Assembly: GCA_965207095.1 (NCBI GenBank)
Contig: CBDBMC010000001.1
Span: 4,832,635-4,896,634 of the forward strand
Source: Candidatus Poribacteria bacterium
GTDB taxonomy: Bacteria; Poribacteria; WGA-4E; PCPOR2b
Reading direction: 5' to 3'
DNA: 64,000 bases
The notes under the pieces were generated by a model. That model did no database searches. It saw only the letters and a program-made list of their open reading frames with translations, and was not told the origin of the DNA. Made by a program: the position numbers and the translations under genes. Positions 55,295 to 64,000 of the stretch are shown here, one piece after another. Every line of letters starts with the position of its first letter. The first letter of the stretch is position 1.

Positions 55295-56180
55295 TAGGAG
55301 TTACGCACTTCAGTTCGTAGTAGCGCAATCCATGGCGCGTCGGACGGGCGATAAATCGCCTCCGTTCCGAGAGTCCGAGACCTACTACAAACCTGAGACC
55401 TTATTGTAGTCACACAATGAATGGAGTGTATCGGGGCAGGTCCCGATTTATCGGGATCCTCGCTTTCGCGGGAGATGCCCCTCCCACATCTATAAAGGAT
55501 AAATCGCCGAAATCCAAGTCAAAGCCCCTCGGAACGGAGACGTTGAGCGTTCAACTGCATACGTCCTATCTTATAATTAACCTAAGTTGCTAGTTAGCCT
55601 GTATGCCGTCTTTCCGCAGTCGCCACTAATTGAAGTAACGACACACATGTCGCCCCGCTGGGGCTTGGGGGTGTAGGAATTCACTGCGGCTATAAACATG
55701 TCGCCCCGCTGGGGCTAAAAAACGGGGAAAGTCCTCAAACTATAGACATTGCGCTCCGCCCCGATAAATCCCCGATGAATCCCCGATGAATCGGGACAGG
55801 CGCGCCTCCGACAAGCCGAGAGCAGGCAGGCGGGATTCAAAGCAACTGGAGCGCAGGCATTGACCGCAGCGACGTTCTATAGACATATCGCTCCTCCGGA
55901 GCGAAAGATAGAATCCCTCAATTTTAACGACAAACCGATGGATGCTCAACACTAGTACTCAATCAGATAAGTTTTGCAATTATTATATATTAGGACTTGC
56001 GCTGCTGAAGGGGCAAAGCCCTGTAGTTCGGCGATTTATCGCCGCATAACACTATTTCCACCGCCCGATATCGGGCAACTACAGGCTAAAGCGCATAAAT
56101 CCTGTATCTGCTATCGTTTGCTTTCAATCAATATACACAACCATAATTTGCCTGACAAAGTACTAGCAACTTGCGTTATA
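55295..56180. repeat. Repeat mosaic: family D (55295-55568, TSD TCTTAT) and a family I envelope with a 4-unit array and a further D element
   Basis: Direct reading of TIRs, TSD and repeat units. Confidence 0.78.
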
Positions 56181-56833
56181 ATTAACGATCTGCCTACGAA
56201 TCTAAAGTTTGGGCGAGGGGCATTTTATTCTCCCATATTATTCTCTGAACCACGGATAAACACGGATTGGCGAATCATCCGGAAAAAGTGCCCTTGATAA
56301 TTGGGATGAGAAGGCGTAATGAACGTGCTCCTACAAACAGCGGGGAAAGATGCCCCGCCTACCGGGTGGGGAAAGGATATGCTACTGCGAACAGCGGAGC
56401 ATGAGCAAAAACGCAAAACCGAGTGTCTCTAGGTTTCTCTTGCCTCAGCTGGCGATGCCGTGTTACTATCACACGATGCAGATTGACTAGGGCGTGTTGA
56501 CATTTTGAGAATGCTGATTCGGCAAACGCTGGAATCATTGGGGAATCTGACAAATGTAGCACAATCTGTTAGCTTGCGGACGGCGATCACAATCTAACAG
56601 ATCGTGGTACAAAAGACCACTTTTAGGGAATAATGTTTTCAAAAGGAGACACCCCAATGAAAAACGGCGTTGGGTTTCACTCTATCTGTCTATAAGCAGG
56701 TGTGGTTGAACGACCGAACCTCTATTGGACTTGATAGGGATTGGGTTTTAACCGTTCAACCCAACCTACGGGCCGTTAAATATTAACAGAACCTAGACAC
56801 CGCAAATTCAACCACACGATCAGGAGGGAGACA

Positions 56834-57631
56834 GTGCCAAGGTATGAACTGGATGGACAGGTAGCAATTGTAACGGGTGCAGGCCGCGGGATTGGCAGGG
56901 CGACTGCTTTGCGGTTGGCTCGCGAAGGTGCAAGTGTCAGCGTTGCAGATATCGACCAAGCAAACGCAAAAGGGGTTGCTGAAGAGATCGAATCGGCTGC
57001 TGGAACCGCCCACCCCATTACGGTGGATGTAACAGACAGAGCCGACAGTGAGCGGATGGTGTCCGAGACAGTAGATCGGTTTGGTAGGTTGGATATTCAG
57101 GTCAACAACGCGGGTATCGCAGTTATTGCGTCGCTGATGGACACGGACGAGGCAACATGGGATGCGCTGATGGACGTGAACGCAAAGGGCGTGTTACTCT
57201 GTTCTCAAGCGGCTGCCCGGCAAATGATCGCTCAGGGCGACGGGGGTCGTATTATCAACAACGCCTCCGGCGCAGGTAAGATCGCTCCCGGCAGAACTAC
57301 ACCGCTTGGTGCCTATGCTGCCAGCAAACACGCCGTTGTCGCACTCACCAAACAGTTCGGGTTGGAGTTGTCGTCGCACGGGATTCTGGTGAATTGCGTG
57401 TGTCCGGGCATTGTGGATACATCGATGTGGGACCTGATTGACCGTGAAGTCGCACAGCTGGAAGGGGCACCGGTCGGTTCGGTGAAGGAGCGAGCAGCCG
57501 CTGGCATCCCGGTTGGACGGATCCAGCAACCGGAAGATGTCGCCAACCTAATTGTCTATCTTGCATCATCAGATGCCAGCTACATCACGGCACAAGCCCT
57601 TAACGTATCCGGCGGCATGTTGCCGTATTGA
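56834..57631 (+). CDS. Short-chain dehydrogenase/reductase
   Basis: TGAGRGIG, NNAG, YAASK, VCPG; GTG start. Confidence 0.92.
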   Translation: MPRYELDGQVAIVTGAGRGIGRATALRLAREGASVSVADIDQANAKGVAEEIESAAGTAHPITVDVTDRADSERMVSETVDRFGRLDIQVNNAGIAVIASLMDTDEATWDALMDVNAKGVLLCSQAAARQMIAQGDGGRIINNASGAGKIAPGRTTPLGAYAASKHAVVALTKQFGLELSSHGILVNCVCPGIVDTSMWDLIDREVAQLEGAPVGSVKERAAAGIPVGRIQQPEDVANLIVYLASSDASYITAQALNVSGGMLPY

Positions 57632-57729
57632 TCGTTCCCTGTGCCCCCGTCAAGACGAGGACGTGTTGATATTGTTGGTGTCGCTGATTCGATAAACTGC
57701 AACCATCCAGCAATCCGTCCAAAACTGAC

Positions 57730-57940
57730 TTTACACACATGTCGCCCCTCTGGGGCTTAGGTTATTTGTTTGTCCTGTATTCTATAAACATGTCGCCCCG
57801 CTGGGGCTAAGCATCTGTTTTAAGCGTACGTCAAACGGTCATCTTTTGGCATTCTAGGGGCACAATCAACCGATTTTGAGAGTATTTACCCGTAAACTGA
57901 CAACTTTCAGAGATTATCCCGATTTATCGGGACAGGTTCT
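57730..57940 (+). repeat. ~210-bp repeat element, near-duplicate of 62385-62597
   Basis: Shared repeat pair, similar spacer and a shared downstream tail ending ...ATCGGGACAGGTTCT. Confidence 0.8.
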
Positions 57941-58071
57941 TAATATGAGCCACGTGGAGAACTTAATAGCTCTAAGGACAGCAGAAAAATTCTTGCCCTC
58001 AAGCCCGAAATCGGTTATCCTTTTGGTGGACTCCACTAGTCGCTAATCCGCCCATTTTTTTAGGAGAGGAC

Positions 58072-59103
58072 ATGACGGAACATACATTCCCCTTAATCGA
58101 GGTCTCCGGCGATGCGTATCAGATGGGCTATGAGCATGGGGCGCAAGCAGAAGATCTGATCCAAAAGTACCTGCTATGGATTGAAAGATTGACAGGGCAA
58201 TCGAGGGATCCCCTGTGTCAGAACGCCATGGCTTTTCTGCCCCTGATGGAGAAACTCAGTCCAAGCTTTGTGGAGGAGATCCGAGGGCTCGCCGACGGAG
58301 CGGATATCAGTTTTGAAGAGGCGGTGCTTTGTCAGGCACGCGCGGAAGCGGCCCGTGTGCACGAAGGGGGTTGCACAGCGTTTGCGCTCACCGGTTCAGC
58401 CACAGCTGATGGCCTCCCTTTGGCGGGTCAAAACCAGGATTTGGAGACGGAATATGCGGATGTAGCGATTCTACTTCACGTCAAGCCGACCGACGGTCGT
58501 CCCAGAGCCCTGATATTTACCTTTGCCGGACAGCTTGGCTATTCGGGCATGAACCAGTACGGTTTAGCTCATTTCGCCAATGCGCTTTATGATTTTGAGT
58601 GGTGTTTGGGCATTCCTCATTATCCCCTCAAGCGGGTCATGTTAGAACAACCAAATCTTGATGGGTGTATTAAACTTTTGCAGGAGCATAGAGCCTGCTC
58701 AGCGGCGAATGCGGTGATTTGTGACGGTGAAGGCAACATCGGCGATGTGGAAGTCCGCCCTGAAGGAATCGCGCCCTTTGAGGATGAACATTCGGACTGC
58801 CGTCTGCACACCAACCATTACCTGACCGCTCCGTTTGCCGATTATGAAACCCACTCCCTGCCGGACTCCTGCCCCCGACTTGATCGCATCCGAGTCCTAA
58901 TTCGGGAGCATTGGGGTAAGATTACTGTCGCCACGTTGAAGCACATCCTTGCCGACCACGAAGGTGATCCGGGTGGCATTTGTCGGCACGGGGAACAGAA
59001 TATGCATTCAATCTCCGGCTACATCGCCGAACCGGCGAAGAGGGTGCTGCACGTGCGTCGCGGGCACGGCTGTCTGGGCACTTGGCAGGCGTATTCGGTA
59101 TAG
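58072..59103 (+). CDS. Peptidase C45 family Ntn-hydrolase (acyl-CoA:6-APA acyltransferase-like)
   Basis: GG|CTAF autocleavage site, GQNQD, GMNQYG, HTNHY. Confidence 0.87.
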   Translation: MTEHTFPLIEVSGDAYQMGYEHGAQAEDLIQKYLLWIERLTGQSRDPLCQNAMAFLPLMEKLSPSFVEEIRGLADGADISFEEAVLCQARAEAARVHEGGCTAFALTGSATADGLPLAGQNQDLETEYADVAILLHVKPTDGRPRALIFTFAGQLGYSGMNQYGLAHFANALYDFEWCLGIPHYPLKRVMLEQPNLDGCIKLLQEHRACSAANAVICDGEGNIGDVEVRPEGIAPFEDEHSDCRLHTNHYLTAPFADYETHSLPDSCPRLDRIRVLIREHWGKITVATLKHILADHEGDPGGICRHGEQNMHSISGYIAEPAKRVLHVRRGHGCLGTWQAYSV

Positions 59104-59496
59104 ATGGTAGATCTTAGAATTAATGAGATACTCCAAATCCCGATGCCGTTCCTGCCTGCCCCGATGTATCGGGGAGCATTCCGATATACCGGAACTTGTC
59201 GAGTCCCGTTCCGAGGATCCCGAGAATCGGGAGATGCCGATAAATCGGCACCGGTGCGGTTGGAAACCGCACCTACCGGCGGCGGGCGAAAGTGTCTATT
59301 TATTTTTTGAATTCACTATAATAAGATACTCCAAACTGGTGCGGTTGGAAACCGCACCTACCCCGATAAATCCCCGATGAATCAGGACTCCGACAAGCCG
59401 AGAGCAGGTCCCGACAGGTCGGGATCCCGAGAAGCAGGACAGGCGGGAATGAAACCGAGGGGCGAAAGTGTCTATTTATTTTTAGGATTCACCATA
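59103..59496 (+). mobile_element. Two family B MITE units expanded by small palindromic insertions
   Basis: Family B TIRs with ACCGCACCTAC hairpins and CCCGAT..ATCGGG inserts. Confidence 0.75.
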
Positions 59497-59533
59497 ATAA
59501 CGCTTGGGACGCTTTTCTTGGAGGAGATAGAAA

Positions 59534-60313
59534 ATGCAGCTTGAAGGCAAAACAGCGATTATCACGGGAGCGGCGGGTGGTATTGGTCGTGCCACTGTAC
59601 TTCGATTTGCCGAAGAGGGCGCCCGGGTTGTGGCTGCTGACATTCAGCGGGAAGGTGCCGAGGAGACAGCCCATATTGTAGGCGCAGATTATCCTGACGC
59701 AGTTATCGCACACACTGTTGATGTCAGTAGAGGGGATCAGGTGGAACGGCTTGTCTCTGAAACGGTCTCACATTTTGGGCAGCTGGATGTGATCTTCAGC
59801 AACGCTGCCATCATGCGCGACGGTTCGGTGGTAGATTTGGCCGAAGGAGACTGGGACGCGCTTTTTGATGCCAACGTCAAAGGGGCATTTCTCTGTGGGA
59901 AATATGGTATCCCCGCCATGCGCCAAAGCGACGGCGGATCGTTTATCATTACTGCATCGGTGAACAGCTTCTATGCTGAGTCAGATATCGCGGGCTATTG
60001 CGCTACCAAAGGGGCGGTCCTGCAACTCACGCGGGCAATGGCAATCGACCACGGGCCGGAAGGGGTGCGCGTCAACTGTATCTGTCCTGGCTGGATCGAA
60101 ACAGCGATGTCTCAGCCATTCTTAGAGGAAAATCCGGAAGGTCGAGCGTTCGCGGGTACAATCGCTCCGATGGGCCGGATAGGCCAACCTGACGATGTTG
60201 CGGGGGTAGCGGTGTTCCTTGCAAGCGATGCGTCTCGGTTTGTCACGGGAGCCGCCCATACTGTAGATGGGGGTTGGACAGCAGGGATGACAAAGGCACT
60301 GGCGTTAATATAG
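59534..60313 (+). CDS. Short-chain dehydrogenase/reductase
   Basis: [22 protein letters not shown]. Confidence 0.92.
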   Translation: MQLEGKTAIITGAAGGIGRATVLRFAEEGARVVAADIQREGAEETAHIVGADYPDAVIAHTVDVSRGDQVERLVSETVSHFGQLDVIFSNAAIMRDGSVVDLAEGDWDALFDANVKGAFLCGKYGIPAMRQSDGGSFIITASVNSFYAESDIAGYCATKGAVLQLTRAMAIDHGPEGVRVNCICPGWIETAMSQPFLEENPEGRAFAGTIAPMGRIGQPDDVAGVAVFLASDASRFVTGAAHTVDGGWTAGMTKALALI

Positions 60314-60474
60314 CCGAAGTGGGTGGTTGGGCAGTGAGTTAAGTTTCCAGACTCGGCACCTAATCAGATGTAATCCAATTTACAATACACATGTCGCCCC
60401 GCTGGGGCTTGGGTGTTGGGCGTTTCGCGTTTCTATAAACATACTGCCCCGCTGGGGCTAATGAAGGATAATGA

Positions 60475-60621
60475 CAGGACTTGCGCAAATTTAGTACAGG
60501 GCGCGAGATTTTTTTATTTTTAACCCCCTAAATCCCGCTCCCGATTTTATCCCCGATACATCGGGACAGGCGCGATGTACCACTTATCAGGGGGACTTAT
60601 GAACCAACTACGTAAGTCCCA
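60475..60621 (+). mobile_element. Family D MITE with 5-bp TSD AATGA
   Basis: AATGA at 60470-60474 and 60622-60626. Confidence 0.72.
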
Positions 60622-60891
60622 AATGAGTAATACGTGATGGCTAAAAAAATCCGGAACGGAGATCTCCGTTCCCTACAAATGACTCGATTCCAAGTCTTGG
60701 TGGGAATTTTCGTAGAGAGCAACAATCATTGTTCTGTGCAACCGCTGTAAAATGTCAACACTAGTAATCATTGAGGAACCGAGTTTTGCCGAAAAAACTC
60801 GGTTCCTAACGCTTAGCTTAATAACGAAACATTTCATCGTCAGGGAGACCTACTAAGTCTTCCGGCATAATTATCTGGAGAACGTTAAACG

Positions 60892-62271
60892 ATGATGGCA
60901 AATGCCCCAAAAGATTTATCTACACAGGATTACCGGAAAATTGATCAGGCGCACGCTTGGCATCCGCTCTTTCAACATCAGCTTTTGGACCGGTCGGATC
61001 TCCTTGTCTTTGAAAAAGCCAGCGGAACAACGATTGTCGACGCAGACGGGAACGAATATTTAGACGCGTACTCGGCGCTCTGGAATGTCAATGTCGGCTA
61101 TGGACGGCAGGAGATCGCTGATGCGGTCTATGAGCAGATCCAGAAATTGCCATACTACCCACACGCCCAGATTAACATTCCTGCGACACTTCTGGCTGAA
61201 AAACTGACATCACTTTTGCCGGGCAATCTGAACCACGTCTACTTCTGCAACAGCGGCTCGGAAGCGAACGAAACTGCGATAAAAATGGCGCGGCAATACG
61301 GTCGGCAGAAATATCCCGGCGAGAACCGTTACAAGATTATCAGCCGTTATCGTGGATATCACGGGTTCACGTATGGAGCGATGTCGGCAACGGGTCAAAC
61401 CCGCCGTCGGAAAGCGTTTGAACCGCTTGTCCCAGGTTTTCACCATGTGCACCCGCCTTACACCTACCGCTATGGGCAGGGATGCAGCGAATCCGATTTC
61501 GGTATCGCCTGCGCCAATGAAATCGAGAAGGTTGTTCAGTGGGAAGGGGTAGAGACGGTTATCGCGGTGATTGCTGAACCAATCATCGGTGGCGGTGGGG
61601 TGCTTGTCCCACCAGACACCTATCTCCCACGAGTTAGGGAAATCTGTGATAAATATGGCCTACTGTTGATCGCCGACGAAGTGATCACCGGCTTTGGTCG
61701 GACAGGGAAAATGTTCGGCTGCGAGCATTGGGACGTGGAACCAGATATCATGACTCTTGCCAAAGGACTCACGAGCGGATATATCCCGATGGGCGCATGT
61801 GCGGCAAACGATGCAGTCTTTGAGGAGTTTCTCGGTGAACCGGAAGAAAATCGGGAGTTCGCACAGGTTTGTACCTACGGCGGACATCCTGTTGCATGTG
61901 CAGCAGGGTTAGCAAACTTAGACATCCTTACGGAGGAAAGATTGGCAGAGAACGCTGAACGCGTCGGTGCCTACCTCCTCAAGAGCCTGAAGACGTTAGA
62001 GAGCCTACAGATTGTAGGGGATGTCAGAGGAAAAGGGCTGATGATTGGTGTTGAACTGGTCAGCGATAGCGCGGGAACACAGCTGGATACCGTAACGACA
62101 AAAGCGATCTGTGCGGAACTTCTGAAGCGAGGTCTTATCGTCGGGCGGATTGGGCAGACTGTGGATGAGCCAGAGAATATCATATTCTTCGCACCACCGT
62201 TGATACTGACAATCGCCGAGGCGGATCGAATTTTTGAGACACTTCGGGCTGTGCTTGAAAACTATGGCTAG
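60892..62271 (+). CDS. Class III (omega-amino acid) aminotransferase
   Basis: YLDAYSALWNVNVGYGR, SGSEANE, YHG, LIADEVITGFGRTG, AKGLTSGY, TYGGHP. Confidence 0.92.
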   Translation: MMANAPKDLSTQDYRKIDQAHAWHPLFQHQLLDRSDLLVFEKASGTTIVDADGNEYLDAYSALWNVNVGYGRQEIADAVYEQIQKLPYYPHAQINIPATLLAEKLTSLLPGNLNHVYFCNSGSEANETAIKMARQYGRQKYPGENRYKIISRYRGYHGFTYGAMSATGQTRRRKAFEPLVPGFHHVHPPYTYRYGQGCSESDFGIACANEIEKVVQWEGVETVIAVIAEPIIGGGGVLVPPDTYLPRVREICDKYGLLLIADEVITGFGRTGKMFGCEHWDVEPDIMTLAKGLTSGYIPMGACAANDAVFEEFLGEPEENREFAQVCTYGGHPVACAAGLANLDILTEERLAENAERVGAYLLKSLKTLESLQIVGDVRGKGLMIGVELVSDSAGTQLDTVTTKAICAELLKRGLIVGRIGQTVDEPENIIFFAPPLILTIAEADRIFETLRAVLENYG

Positions 62272-62757
62272 TGCGAACGTGACGAACATGACACGTGATG
62301 CGTGAAACGTGAAAATTATCAGTTCAGTAGCGCCCTTATGGATTTAGAGCCTGTTTTGTAAAGTGAAACGACCATCTTTAGAAAGTTTTCCACATGTCGC
62401 CCCGCTGGGGCTTAGGCTGTTGGTTTGTCCTGTATTCTACAAACATGTCGCCCCGCTGGGGCTTTGGGTCTGTTTTAAGAGTACGTCAAACGGTCATCTT
62501 TTCCCATTATAGGGGCAAAATCAACCGATTTTGAGAGTATTTACCGGTAAAATGACAATTTTCAGAGATTATCCCGATTTATCGGGACAGGTTCTAATGG
62601 ATTGCGCGGAGAAGATTGTCTGAATCGCGGATTGACACGGATTAGGGGATTACGCGGATAAGGCGAAAAGCAACCCCCTAAATCCCCCTTATCAGGGGGA
62701 CTTGGGAAACTGTACACCTAACCCCCTAAATCCCGCTCCCGATTTTATCCCCGATAA

Positions 62758-63013
62758 ATTGTTTGACATCGCTCGTAATGCTGCTATGGCTTACCTCGGT
62801 AGCGAACAAACGAGATGGGGGCAGTTGCGCCGTGCATTGCCTCAGCCCTTATGGGAAAGATTTAGAGAAGTCATTGACACCCTTCACATCAGCTATGGCT
62901 ATGATGGCGAGTATCCTGTAGACGAGGTTGACGAAGAATTTCAACGTTACCGAGATCTGGTAGAGCGGTTTGTGGATGATCTGGAACAAGCCGCTTCAGG
63001 ACATTCCCCTTGA
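62758..63013 (+). pseudogene. 3' remnant of a small helical protein gene whose 5' end is replaced by repeats
   Basis: Protein-like sequence LFDIARNAAMAYL...DTLHISYGYDG begins abruptly after CCCCGATAAAT; the ORF N-terminus is translated repeat. Confidence 0.55.
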
Positions 63014-63029
63014 CAGAAGAAAGAATCCC

Positions 63030-64000
63030 ATGAAAGACCTACTACAAATCGACAATCGAAAACCGACGCAGCAAGTCAATGTCGGCGACATACCGATCGG
63101 CAATGGCAACCCAATCTCGATTCAAACGATGACCACCACGCTGACCCATGATATAGACGCCACACTGCGTCAGACGGAACGGTGTGTAGAAGCGGGTGCG
63201 CAGATTGTACGGGTTGCCGTGCCTGAAGAGAGAGATGCAAAAGCGTTACCTGAATTGGTCAAACGCGCACCTGTACCGATTGTCGCAGACATCCATTTCA
63301 ACTATCGGTACGCCTTAGCAGCGGTCGATGCCGGCGTTGCGAAAGTGCGGATTAATCCGGGCAACATCGGGGTCGAGAAAAGGATCGCACAGGTCCTCTC
63401 CGCGGCAAAGGCTGCGCACATTCCGATCCGTATTGGGGTCAATGAAGGCTCCCTGGAAAAGGATTTGTTGGATAAATATCCTTCACCGACAGCCGAAGCC
63501 CTTGTTGAAAGCGCAATGCGCCACGTCAAGATCTGCGAAGACCACGACTTTACGGATGTTATCATCTCTGTCAAATCCAGCGAACCGCTGCGGATGATCG
63601 AGGCGAATCGGCTGCTTTCCGCCGAGGTCCGGTATCCGCTTCATCTCGGTGTAACGGAGGCAGGCACCCCGCGCCGGGCGCACGTTAAGTCTACCATTGG
63701 TATCGGTACGTTGTTGATGGAAGGCATTGGGGATACTATCCGGATATCGATCACCGGCGATCCCGCGGAGGAGGTTCTGACAGCGAAGGAATTGCTCCGA
63801 ACACTTGGTCTTGCCGATAATCTCCTTGATGTTGTCTCTTGCCCGTTCTGTGGACGCGGTGATGCAGAGGCAGATTATGAAGGCATCGTGACAATCGCCG
63901 AAGAATTGCTGGAAAAACACAATATCAGGATCCCTGTAGCAGTGATGGGATGTGAAGTGAATGGACCGGGCGAAACCCGAAACGCGGAGGTCGGGATCCA
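63030..64000 (+). CDS. ispG: HMBPP synthase IspG/GcpE (runs off window end; absent from the ORF track)
   Basis: ISIQTMTTT, IVRVAVP, ADIHF, RINPGNIG, RIGVN.GSL, YPLHLGVTEAG, GIGDTIR, SCPFCGR, MGCEVNGPGE. Confidence 0.95.
   Translation, partial: MKDLLQIDNRKPTQQVNVGDIPIGNGNPISIQTMTTTLTHDIDATLRQTERCVEAGAQIVRVAVPEERDAKALPELVKRAPVPIVADIHFNYRYALAAVDAGVAKVRINPGNIGVEKRIAQVLSAAKAAHIPIRIGVNEGSLEKDLLDKYPSPTAEALVESAMRHVKICEDHDFTDVIISVKSSEPLRMIEANRLLSAEVRYPLHLGVTEAGTPRRAHVKSTIGIGTLLMEGIGDTIRISITGDPAEEVLTAKELLRTLGLADNLLDVVSCPFCGRGDAEADYEGIVTIAEELLEKHNIRIPVAVMGCEVNGPGETRNAEVGI

Noticed and set aside
58072-59103. Beta-lactam biosynthesis gene
   Set aside because: The C45 family is widespread, and there is no ACV synthetase or IPNS nearby.
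60892-62271. PbfA-type lyase feeding PhnX
   Set aside because: It lies 23 kb from phnX, and its motifs look like an ordinary omega-amino acid transaminase.

Overview
Bacterial chromosomal window, very probably Candidatus Poribacteria: the 16S contains exact matches to the Poribacteria-specific primers POR389f and POR1130r as I recall them. Left half is mostly housekeeping: lolD(partial)-ilvE-bamA-skp-lpxD; ECF sigma/anti-sigma/TPR; thiE, yajC, queA, ruvBAC, yebC; a complete minus-strand rrn operon (16S-tRNA-Ile-tRNA-Ala-23S-5S); a xanthine-dehydrogenase-family M-S-L cluster with a MoaD-like protein; lptFG. Right half is accessory: batA, a NucS-like nuclease, Gfo/Idh/MocA dehydrogenases, phnX, a peptide/opine ABC transporter, SDRs, a C45 hydrolase, a class III aminotransferase and partial ispG. 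Three things stand out. (1) A two-gene cassette pairs an SspD-like PAPS reductase (DNA phosphorothioation writer family, broken by three indels) with a sulfur-binding-domain HNH nuclease, with no sspB/sspC nearby. (2) A dense, nested set of non-autonomous repeats: several TIR envelopes with different target-site duplications carry interchangeable REP-like hairpins, CRISPR-like mini-arrays and a 20-bp self-inserting unit, with strong strand bias and no transposase in the window. (3) The 16S has compensatory changes in the central and 530 pseudoknots that remodel the streptomycin pocket and mismatch the 27F, 515F and 926R primers. All annotations come from motif recognition by eye; no searches were run.
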